From positions 558,001 to 622,000 of the forward strand of contig CDRNST010000199.1 of NCBI GenBank assembly GCA_977016875.1: a stretch of 64,000 nt of DNA. Direction: 5' to 3'. Under the pieces are notes generated by a model that was given only the letters and a program-made list of their open reading frames with translations, was not told where the DNA came from and searched no databases. Of this stretch, positions 49,501 to 61,900 are shown piece by piece (the stretch's first letter is position 1; every line of letters starts with the position of its first letter). Position numbers and translations under genes: made by a program. The stretch is from Pavona decussata. Its lineage: Eukaryota.

Positions 49501-52500
49501 TTTTCTATTGTCATTTTGGTATGTTTCTGGTCATTTGCGATCCTTTAGTATGAAAACGTACAACGTACTTATCTCATTACGCAAAATTATTTCACCTCTG
49601 ACACAGCACCACAATTTTTTGAGACATTAAACACCTTATCATAGAGGAAGAACTAAATCTTGACAGTTATACATTAACTTATTCAGCCTCTGTGAAATAG
49701 GAGCCAGGGTCCATAGGCCGTCTCGTTGCTCTGGAAATGGGCAATTATTAGTCATGATTATGATGATGTAATTTTAGAATTATCGTCTCGGTCAGTATTT
49801 GAAAATTACGGCTTTTACACGTACCTAAATACCTGCAAAAATTGTTGTTTTTGGTTCGCTGCTTACTATAGTAAAATTCCAAGGTGATTAGCCAAAGCGG
49901 AACAAATGACAGATTAAATTGGTTGTTTCCAGTTTAAATAGCCTCTTGGCGTGCATTTCGCAGCACTTGATTCAAAAAAGGTTGTCAGTTAAAAGGCATA
50001 AACCATGAAGGATAGGACCCAACAGCTCTCTGTGAAACGTTTGCTTTCTTCTTGTTAGAAAATAAAAGCACGTTGTGTTTTTAGGCCTTAAAATATAAAC
50101 ATTTCTCGCGGAAAAATGACGAAACCACGAAATATGCAGTTGGTGGTTAGATCGCCCCATAACTCCATCAGATCGCATCTTTTACGATTTGCGCTTTGCA
50201 CGAGACAATTTTTTTTTAATCGATTAATCGAGTGTATATATTTACAGACGGTAAGCACCTCAACTTATACATTCTTCCATCTACCTCAGGTAAAATTTAG
50301 AGGAGAAAGAGGAAGTAGCTACACGGGTGATATTGCAATCGATGACTTTTCTTTGCAGTCGGGATCTTGTTCTTCAAGTAAGTGCTTCAAAATTACAATA
50401 ACAACACCGTTAAGAAGGTAAAACAAAATAAGTAACTTCTTGAAATACACGGTTAGCAATCAGCAGTGTGAAGCAGGCAAGTACGGAAATATACCACGCA
50501 TGTACTGTAACAAAAGAATCACTGATTTTGTGTTCGCTGTTGTAGGTCATTAGTAACTCGCAGAAATATGGCAGCTAGCGCGAAGCGAACTCTAAGTTAC
50601 TCTTTTTCAACGAATAATGGTAATGTAAAATTAAAATAATGAATTTATATATGAACGCTAAGTTACAAAACAAATGGAACCATAATCTCCGCAGCTCTAA
50701 TAAAAACAATGAAATGTATATTAAAGGGTGTTGATATATTCTAAGCCAATTCCTTCTTAAAAAGTCTTGAAGTCAAGCAGTTAACTGTTCACAACAAAGT
50801 CCTGCATTCTTGTTTTTGTACTGATTTCGTAATTATTTCTCATTTCAGTTACAACGCCTCGACCTCCAACACCATCCCCACCCGGTAAGTACGTTTTTCA
50901 ACACACCTCCGCTTAGTGTCCTCATTTCCTACCGAAGTAAGTCTGTCTGGAGCCAAAATTTATAAGAACAATATTTTCCCTTAATGCTTAACTGCTATAC
51001 AGTCATTAGATCACATATTCTTATTCTGCTCCTCTGCTATAGCCTTTTGGAAGACCTTCCAGAACTGGTGGGCCAACAAAACGAAACAATGTCAATAATT
51101 AAGCTATAAACTAAAGGAGTTTAGAGCGAAGTCTGTGAAGGATGAACAAGAATATTAAACAATGAAACTTCTTGTTCACTAGTAATTTTTTCGGAACACT
51201 CCCTTAACACTTGTTATCCGACGGACAGACAGAGAGAGAGAGAGGTTCGCTTAGGAAAAAGAAGACAGGAAAACTTATAAACATATAAAATATAACAAAG
51301 AAATAACGTAAACCGGGAGCAAACAGAAAAGAACGAGCAGAATAAATCTTACCGAATGTTTGGAACTGGCAAGCGGAAAAAACGTCGACAACTTGAGCCA
51401 AAATTGAGAACATAAACTGAGAGAACTGACAACTAAATTTCTTGCTCTTGCAAATATATATATTTGCACCAATTAGTCCCTAAGGAACGCAAAATAACAA
51501 AAAAAACTACAAGTGAAAACACGGATGCAAAACAATCAGTCTAGCAGTCAACTGTCCTCAACAAAGTCGTTCATTCGTGTTTTTGTACTGTTTTCGTAAT
51601 TATTTCTCATTTCAGTTACAACGCCTCTACCTCCAACACCATCCCCACCCGGTAAGTACGTTTTTCAACACACCTCAGCTCAGTGTCCTCATTTCCTACC
51701 GAAGTAAGTCTGTCTAAAGCCAAAATTTGTGACAGCAATATTTTCCCTCAATGCTTAACTAATATACAGTCATTAGAACACATGTTCTTATACTGCTCCT
51801 CTTCTATAGCCTTTTAGAAGACCTTCCAGAGCTGGTGGGTCAACAAAACAAACAATCTCTCACGTTATCAAATAGTATAATTATATATGGGGTTTTTAAC
51901 AATATAGAGCACAGATATTCATTAAACTAAACACTTCATATTTTGAAATTCTCAATATACTGCAGCTGTCTACACGACGTAAAACTCTCCTTTGATAGTT
52001 TTCTTACACTTCTACGCGATACACTGAATATTCACAAACAAATAGCTACCGGAAATAAGATTTCTACTACCTTCCAAAATATCTTTAAACACGTCTTTTA
52101 ATATACACTTGTGACGTTAATTCTTTTTTTTTTTTGTCTCCTTTTTCTAAGTTGTTGTCGTTTTTCCTTTTTTTGTAATTGTAAATTTGTGTTAGTTCAA
52201 TATTTTGCTGTCAAAACTAGAAAAGAAGTATACCTTGTAACTTAGCTGTTCATTAACTAGAAAAACTCTGTAAGTGTTCGTAAACCTTTGTTAACAAGTG
52301 GTTGATAGTTATAACGGTGTTTATAAATGTTTGTACTTGTATTAAAAATTAATAAAAACCCTTTTACAAAGCCTCCAGGACGTAAAAAAAAGTCTTTCGA
52401 GCTAGCACTAAACTAAAACGAAGTTGGTTATAAAAATATTTTTAAACTAGTAAAACAAGCTTGAAAGTGAAGTTCAAAACTGATAAAAATAAAAGGCAGT

Positions 52501-55500
52501 TGTTAAGGGCACTATTTTTTTTTATGAAACAGGGCCCCTATTAGCTTTTGGCCTTATTATCTGGGTTAATTTTGAGGGCATTTCGTGGAAACTGTCCATG
52601 ACAAAAACGTCCTTATTAAGTGGGTACTCTTCATTAAAGTTAGGTTCAGCTGCTTTAGCAAGAATGCTAATTTATAATATGGTGACATGATTATCACGAG
52701 AACAATGTAAAATTGGAAAGACTTGCCTCACTCTGTGGGCCTCCCTTCCTACTTGGAAATGAGCATGAAACTGTATGTATCAATCGATTTGGTGGAGCCA
52801 ACTGTTTCACCCTCATGTTTTGTTTTTCTTTTCATTAGCCACCGCCTGCAACTTTGACAACTCAATGTGTGGCTTTACACAGGACAAAAATGACACGTTT
52901 GACTGGACTCGACATAAAGGAGGTACATCGTCTTCTCCAACAGGACCCTCTTCTGACCATACTTCTGGAAGCGGTAGGTTAACAAAACATAAAACTTTAG
53001 AATCATTATTTTGAAATCAGACGGCTTGTCTTCTAATTTGAAAGTAAATTTCCGGCGTTGTTAATTAACAATGAAAATACAGAACTAACGATAGTTGTAA
53101 TGCTGCTACTGCTGCTGCTGCTGCTGCTGATGATGATGATGTTTATTAACAATGGAAGTTGTTAGCCTTATTCAACCTGTGGGAGAGGATAGGGTTTGGG
53201 GGGGGGGGGGGTTAAAAAGTGCCTACTCTGAGTATACCACTTAACTATAAGATCTGAAAGGACGCCTGCCAGCTGTTCAGAAGAAATGACGTAATTTCCA
53301 CGTCATATGAGTTCCTCATTAGGTTTAGCGGACATCAAGAGAAACAGCTTAAATCTCTTTACCATTCAAGTATTAATATCGTAGTTTGAATGGTCTCGAT
53401 TTTTCCAAGGTTGTGATGGGCAATGGCATGAAACCAGAAAAGGCCAGCTATAACTTTGTTGGAAGATTTCGAAAAAGTCAGTCACATTTATTTTTTCCAC
53501 AGGATATTACATGTACATAGAAACGTCTAGTCCTCGAGTACGGGGAGATTATGCGATACTGATCAGCCCCATGCAGAGGTTCAGAGGAACCATGTGCCTT
53601 AAATTCTCCTACCACATGTATGGTGCAACGATTGGGAGACTGAATGTGACAATCAATAGCAGAACAGTGTTCTCTAAAAGTGGTAACCAAGGCAACAGGT
53701 GGTTTGATGCAAGTATTACTATATATTACTGGGGAGCGTACCCGGTAAGTAAAATTTTCATCGTTGCTGAAAACAATTTCTATTGTCATTTTAGTATGTT
53801 TCTGGTCATTTGCGATCGTTTAGTATGAAAACGCTAATAATCTACTACGTACTTTTCTCATTACACAAAATTTTTTCACCTCTGACACAGCACCACCATT
53901 TTTTGAGACACTAAACAACTTATCATAGAGGAAGAACTAAATCTTGACAGTTATACATTAACTTATTCAGCCTCTGTGAAATAGGAGCCAGGGTCGATAG
54001 GCCGTCCCATTGCCCTGGAAATGGGCAATTATTAGTCATGATTATGATGATGTAATTTGAGAATTATCGTCTCGGTCAGTATTTGAAAATTACGGCTTTT
54101 ACACGTACCTAAATACCTGCAAAAATTGTTTTTTTTTTTTTTGTTTGTTTTTGTTTCGCTGCTAATTATAGTGAAATTCCAAGGTGAGTAGCCAAAGCGG
54201 AACAAATGACATTTTAAATTGCTTGTTTCTAGTTTGAATAGCCTCTTAGCGTGCATTTCGCGGCACTTGATTCAGAAAAGGTTGTTAGTTGAACGGTATA
54301 AACCATGAAGGATAGGACCCAACAGCTTTTTGTGAAACGTTTGCTTTCTTCTTGTTAGAAAATAAAAGGACGTGCAGTTTTTAGGCCTTAAAATTTAAAC
54401 ATTTCTCGCGGAAAAAGACGAAAGCACAGAATATGCAGTTGGTGGTTAGATCGCCCCATAACTCCATCGGATCGCATCTTTTACGATTTACACTTTGCAC
54501 GGGACAATTTTTTTAATCGATTAATCAAGTGTATATATTCACAGACGGTAAGCACCTAAACTTATACATTCTTCCATCTACCTCAGGTAAAATTTACAGG
54601 AGAAAGAGGAAGTAGCTACACCGGCGATATTGCAATCGATGACTTTTCTTTGCAGTCGGGATCTTGTCCTTCAGGTAAGTGCTTCAAAATTACAATAACA
54701 ACACCGTTTAGAAGGTAAAACAAAATAATCAACTTCTTAAAATACACGGTTAGCAATCAGCAGTGTGAAGCAGGCAAGTATGGAAAAATAAAACGCATGT
54801 ACTGTAACAAAAGAATCACTGATTTTGTGTTAGCTATTGTAGGTCATTAGTAACTCGCAGAAATATGGCAGCTAGCGCGAAGCGAACACTAAGTTACTCT
54901 TTTTCAACGAATAATGGTAATGTAAAATTAAAATAATGAATTTATATATGAACGCTAAGTTACAAAACAAATGGAACTATAATCTCCGCAGATCTGATAA
55001 ACACAATGAAGTGTATATTAAAGGGTGTTGATATTCTAAGCCAATTCCTTCTTAAAAAGTCTTGAAGTCAAGCAGTTTACTGTCCACAACAAAGTCGTGC
55101 ATTCTTGTTTTTGTACAGATTTCGTAATTATTTCTTATTTCAGTTACAACGCCTAGACCTCCAACACCATCCTCACCCGGTAAGTACGTTTTTCAACACA
55201 CCTCAGCTTAGTGTCCTCATTTCCTACCGAAGTAAGTCTGTCTGGAGCCAAAATTTATGAGAACAATATTTCCTTTAATGCTTAACTGATATACAGTCAT
55301 TAAAATACAGTCATGTTATTATACTGTTCTTCTGCTATAGCCTTTTTGAAGACCTTCCACAACTGGTGAGCCAACAAAACAAAACAATGTTAATAAGCTA
55401 TAAACTAAAGGAGTTTAGAGCGAAGTCTCCATGTGAAATATTAACAAGAATATTAAACAATAAAACTTGGTTTTCACTAGTAATTTTGTCGGAAACCTCC

Positions 55501-58500
55501 GTTAACACTTTTTATCCGACGGACAGACACAGAGAGAGAGGTTCGCTTAGGAAATAAGAAGACAGGAAAACTTAAAAACATAAAAAATGTAACATAGGAA
55601 TAACGTAAACCGGGAGCAAACAGAAAAGAACAAGCAGAATAAATCTTACCGAATGTTTGGAACTGGCAAGCGGAAAAAAAGTCGACAACTTGAGCCAAAA
55701 TTGAGAACATAAACTGAGAGAACTGACAACTAAATTTCTTGTGCTTGCAAATATATTAAATTTGCACCAATTAGGTGCTAAGGAACGCAAAGTAACAAAA
55801 AAAAAAACCTTCAAGTGAAAACACGGATGCGAAACAATGTCAAGCAGTTAACTGTCCACGACAAAGTCGTTCATTCGTGTTTTTGTACTGTTTTCGTAAT
55901 TATTTCTCATTTCAGTTACAACGACTCGACCTCCAACAACACCCCCTCCCGGTAAGTACGTTTTTCAACACACCTCAGCTTAGTGTCCACATTTCCTACC
56001 GAAGTAAGTCTGTCTAGAGCCAAAATTTGTGACAGCATTATTTGCCCTCAATGCTTAACTGATATACTTCATTAGAACACATGTCCTTATACTGCTCCTC
56101 TGCTATAGCCTTTTGGAAGACATTCCAGAGCTGTTGGGCCAACAAAACGAAACAATCTTTCACATTATGAAATGTTAGAAATATATATGTGGTTTTATAA
56201 AGAATATAGAGCACAGATACTGTATACATTAAACTACACACTTCAGTTATTGCGAAATTCTCAATATACTGCAGCGCTCTACACGACATAAAACTCTCCT
56301 ATGATAGTTTTTTAATACTTCTACGCGAAAAACTAAAAATTCACAAACAAATAGCTATCGGAAATAAGACTTTTACTACCTTCCAAAAAACTTGTGACGT
56401 TAATTTTTTCTTTATCCATTTTTGTAAGTTGTAGTCGTTGTTCCTTTTTTTGTAATTGCCAATTTGTGCTAGTTCAATATTTTACTGTCAAGAGAGGATC
56501 CTCTCTTGTTTACTGTCAAAACTATTAAAGAAGTATATCTTGTAACTTAGCTAGTCACTAATTGAAAAAACTCTGTAAGTGTTCGTAAACCTTTGTTAAC
56601 AAGTGGTTGATAATTATAACGGTGTTTGTAAATGTTTGTGCTTGTATTAAAAATTTAAAAAAAAACCTCCTACAAACCCTTAAGGACGTAAGAAAACAGT
56701 CTTTCGAGCTAGCACTAAACTGAAACGAAGTTGGTTATAAAAATATTTTTAAACTTGCTTGACAGATAGAGGAAGTTTTTCACTGTAAAAAAAAAACCTT
56801 TTTTAAGTGAGAGCTCATAACAATTCATGAGCTAGTGAAACAAGCTTGAAAGTGAAAAACAAAACTGATAAGAATAAAAGGTAGTTGTTAAGGGCACTAT
56901 TTTGTTATGAAACAGGGCCCCTATTAGCTTTTGGCCTTATTATCTGGGTTAATTTTGAGGACATTTGGTGGAAACTGTCCATGACAAAAACGTCCTTATT
57001 AAGTGGGTACTCTTCATTAAAGTTAGGTTCAGCTGCTTTAGCAAGGACCATATCCAAGAATGCTAATTTATAATATGGTGACATGATTATCACCAGAACA
57101 ATGTAAAATTGGAAAGACTTGCCTCACTCTGTCGGCCTCCCTTCCTACTTGGAAATGTGCATGAAACTGTATGTGTCAATCGATTAGGTGGAGCCAACTG
57201 TTTCACCCTCATGTTTTGCTTTTGTTTTCATTAGCCACCGCATGCAACTTTGACAGCTCAATGTGTGGCTTTACACAGGACAAAAGTGACAAGTTTGACT
57301 GGACTCGAAATAGAGGAAGTACAGGGTCTTCTTCAACAGGACCCTCATCTGACCATACTTCTGGTAGCGGTAGGTTAACAAAACATAAAACTTTAGAATC
57401 ATAATTTTGAAATCAGATGGCTTGTCTTCTGATTTGAAAGTAAATTTGTCGTGGTTAATTAACAATGAACATACAGAACTGCGGATAGTTCTAATGATCA
57501 CTGCTGCTGCTGCTGCTGATGATGATGATGATGACGATGATGATGATGATGTTTCATGACGATGGAAGTTATTTGCCTTATTCAACCTGTGGGAGTTAGA
57601 GGAGGGGGAGGGAGAGGGTTCAAAAGTGCCTGCAACCACTTAACTCTAAGATCCAAAATGGCACCTAATGGCAGCTGTCAAGAACAAATGAAGTGATTTC
57701 CATGTCATATGACGTCATAATTCTGTTGAGCAGACACCGAGAGAAACAGCTTAGTACTTTCTACGCTTCGTAGTTTGAATGGTCTCGATTTTTCCAAGGT
57801 TGTGATGGGCAATGGCATGAAACCAGAAAAGACCAGCTATAACTTTCTTGGAAGATTTCGAAAAAGTCAGTCACATTTATTTTTTCACAGGATATTACAT
57901 GTACATAGAAACGTCTAGTCCTCGAGTACGGGGAGATTATGCTATACTAATCAGCCCGTTGCAGAGGTTCAGTGGAACAATGTGCCTTAAATTCTCCTAC
58001 CACATGTATGGTGCAACGATTGGGAGACTAGATGTGAAAATCAATAGCAGAACAGTGTTCTACAGAAGTGGTAACCAAGGCAACAGGTGGTTTGATGCAA
58101 GTCTTACTATATATTACATTTACTCAGGAGTGTATCCGGTAAGAAATATTTTCATCGTTACTGTAAACACTTTTTATTGTAATTTTGTATGTTTTTGGTC
58201 ATTTGCGAACCTTTAGTATCGCTAGCTAATAATATACTATGTACTTTGTTCATTGCGCAAAATTCTTTTGTAATTTAGGCGTAAAAATTCTTCTGCCGAA
58301 AAGAAATCACACGCATTCATTTTAGTTTGAAAACGCAAAAGGTTTTTTTTCCGTTTTTGCCTGCCATCCACACGTATCAGATGAAAATGGTTACCTAAAA
58401 CGGAACTAGTTTCCATAACGATGTCCATTGAATTCGACCTCTTGACGTCATCGTCAACGTAAAGTTCTCTTTTCAGTTGACCACACACTCTGGGGGCGTG

Positions 58501-58901
58501 TCACCGTTTTTATCGCGGATCCGTAAAGAATAAGCTCTGTTTCAAACAAAAACGGATAAGCGTGTACCGGGCAAAGAGAGAGAAACGAACATTTTGTTTT
58601 ATCAACAAAGAGTATAAGTTAATTTGGCTACCAAAGAGAGATTCCATAGCTGACGCTCGAGACGCCAGCTCTCGAATCTCTCTTCTGTAGCCAAATTGCC
58701 TTATCAACTTAGTTGATACAACAAAATACAGTGCAAGGTCCTGGAAGCGGACACCCTCGGCACGCGAAAAAGGTGTCCATAGCTCGAGCTGGCCGCTTAC
58801 GTAAATTGTTCTCCTAAGCGGCCACTAGGGTACTAAGGGAGAGATTGCCGCTCAAGGGAACTTGCCCAGCTAACAAAAATAGAACTAATAAACAATGAGA
58901 A

Positions 58902-58932
<31 letters not shown>

Positions 58933-61900
58933 AAAAAAAACACGGTGTAACATGATTTTTTTTTTGTTTGTTTTATTGCCTTATGCAAGTCCGCGATAAT
59001 GGCGGGGGCTATAATTAATATATTGTAATATCACTGTGACGAACAGTAAAATTCAGAGGCTACTGGGATTTCCTTTCGGGTGTCTGTTTAAGGGAGCTTT
59101 AAAACAAAAGTGAAGTTTAAATCGTAACCTCTGAAAGTGCCCACAGCCTTCCATACGGGAATGTGTAAAAGAGTTTGTATAGGAGATTAAACAGGGTTTT
59201 GTGAAGGCGGTCGTAAGTAGAGCCGTCCGCTTACGACAGTATCCGTTAATTAAAAGAGCTTCAACTCGGTATTTGTTTTCATTTCACCACTGACGAAGCA
59301 CCAATTTCTTGAAACACTAACCGCCTTATCATAGAGAAAGAACTAAATCTTGACAGTTATACATTAACTTATTTTGCCTCTGTGAAATAGGAGCCAGGGT
59401 CCATAGGCCATCTCGATACTCTTAAAATGGGCAATTATAATTGCAAAAAATTGTTTTTCGTTTGTTTTTAGATTCGCTTCTTATTATATTCCAAGGTGAT
59501 TAAGTAAAGCTAACCAAATAACAGATTAAATTGGTTGTTTCCAGTTTGAATAGCCTATCGCTGCACTTAATTAAAAAAAGGTTGTCAGTTCAACCGTATA
59601 AACCATGAAGGATAGGACCCAACAGCTTTCTGTGAAACGTTTGCTTTCTTCTTGTCAAAAAGTAAAAGCACGTGCAGTTTTTAGGCCTTAAAATTTAAAC
59701 ATTTCTCGCGGAAAAAGACGAAAACACGAAATATGCAGTTGGTGGTTAGATCGCCCCATAACTCCATCAGATCGCATCTTTTACGGTTTACACTTTACAC
59801 GAGGCAATTTTTTTTAATCGATTAATCAAGTGTATATATTCACCGACGGTAAGCACCTAACTTATACATTCTTCCATCTACCTCAGGTCAAATTTATAGG
59901 AGAAAGAGGAAGTAGCTACACCGGCGATATCGCAATCGATGACTTTTCTTTGCAGTCGGGATCTTGTTCTTCAAGTAAGTGCTTCCAAATTACAATAACA
60001 ACACCGTTTAGAAGGTAAAACAATACAACAAATACAAGGTGAGCAATCAGCAGTGTGAAGCAGGCAAGTATGGAAATATACAACGCATGTACAGTAACAA
60101 AAGAATCAATTTTGTGTTCGCTGTTGTAGGTCAGTATTAACTGGCAGAAATATGGCAGCTAGCGCGAAGCGAACTCTTAGTTAGTCTTTTCCAACGAATA
60201 ATGGTAATGTAAAATTAAAATAATGAATGTATATATGACCTCTATGTTACAAAACAAATGGAACTATAATCTCCGCAGATCTGATAAACACAATAAAGTG
60301 TATATTAAAAGGTGTTCATATATATTCTAAGCCAATTCCTTCTAAAAAAAAGTCTTAAAGTCAAGCAGTTAACTGTCCAGAACAAAGTCGTGCATTCTTG
60401 TTTGTGTACTTATTTCGTAATTATTTCTCATTTCAGTTACAACGCCTCGACCTCCAACACCACCCCCACCCGGTAAGTACGTTTATCAACACACCTCAGC
60501 TTTGTGTCCACATTTCCTACCGAAGTAAGTGTGTGTAGAGCCAAAATTTATGACAACAATATTTCCCCTCAATGTTTAACTGATATACACTCATTAGATC
60601 ACATACTCTTATACTGCTCCTCTGCTATAGCCTTTTGGAAGACCTTCCAGAACTGGTGGGCTAACAAAACGAAACAATGTCAATAAACTATAAACTAAAG
60701 GAGTTTAGAGCGAAGTCTGTGAAGGATGAACAAGAATATTAACACTCCCTTAATAATTTTTATCCGACAAACAGACAGAAAGAGAGAGAGGTTTGCTAGG
60801 GAAAAAGAATACAGGAAAACTTATAAACATAAAAAAATACAGCAAAGAAATAACGTATACCGGTAGCAAACAGAAAAGTACAAGCAGAATAAATCTTACC
60901 GAATGTTTGGACAAGTGAAAACACGGATGCGAAACATTGTCAAGCAGTTCACTGTCCACAACAAAGTCGTGCATTCGTGTTTTTGTACTGATTTCGTAAT
61001 TGCTTCTCATTTCAGTTACAACGCCTCGACCTCCAACACCACCCCCACCCGGTAAGTACGTTTTTCAACACACCTCATTTTCTACTGGAGTGGTTTTTTA
61101 GTTGAGTGTCACAAAACCAAAACCATAATGGTTACTCTGACCAATCTTTGACGGCCATAATAGACCGGCATTAACAGCACAATAAACCCAGCAGAACTCG
61201 AAGCGAATTCATGTTAACGGTGCCAAGTAAAGTAAAACTCGTGCGAGCAAGTCATGATTGGGTTGGGTTTCCTTTCTCATTAGCTGAGAAAGTGGCGCGA
61301 ATCTTACTAACCAATCACGGGACGAAGTAAAGAAAAACCTGCACAGGCAAACCAGACATTAATATGGACACTAAAATATCAATCCCTTGTGTATTGAAAC
61401 CTTTGTGCTGTCACAACTCAAATACGATTTTATTCTTGTCGATTACAGGTAAGCTGCCATGTGGCAGTACGCCCATCACTCAGTCACGTGTCATTGGTGG
61501 CCAGGACGCTAAGCCAGGAGCCTGGCCATGGCAGGTACGATTAGTGATATCAAATTGATAATTTGGATAATTCTCTGCTCCAAAATACTACTAATAACTG
61601 TACTTATATTAACAGCTGCGATAACGTTATGGTCGTCTATTGTTAAGAAGTAATCAAACGCGAACAAGTTATTCTAAACATTACGATCCAGTTGTTAAGG
61701 CTTTTTATCCCTAGGGCTATTCTTATAATATTAATGTGATTTAATGTTTTTCCAAAAATGCCTCTTGAACAAGTTTCACTTGGCTATAGCACTTTTAATA
61801 CGACGTTTTTAAATAAACCATAAGTGCTGTCGACGAAGGGTTGACTATATTTAATGGGAAACTTAGAGACCCAAACTTAGAGAACACCGAACGCGCAACC

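Larger units (their letters stand above)
40021..61085 (+). repeat. Tandem array of five ~4.2-kb exon+intron units
   Basis: Units start at about 40021, 44290, 48231, 52491 and 56876. Introns align across units, including variable (GCT)n(GAT)n and poly-G tracts. Confidence 0.95.

Noticed and set aside
42998-55814. Recurring minus-strand ORFs ([11 protein letters not shown].., [12 protein letters not shown]..)
   Set aside because: They recur only because the introns are duplicated; lengths and frames vary and no motif is present.
40021-61085. MAM array as a pure assembly artifact
   Set aside because: Each unit has private substitutions, indels and insertions, and five distinct versions exceed two haplotypes; exact copy number still needs long reads.
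61364-61558. Independent second protease gene starting at MDTKISIP
   Set aside because: That ATG is intronic, the signal exon and TATA were not duplicated, and the exon joins in phase to the upstream linker.
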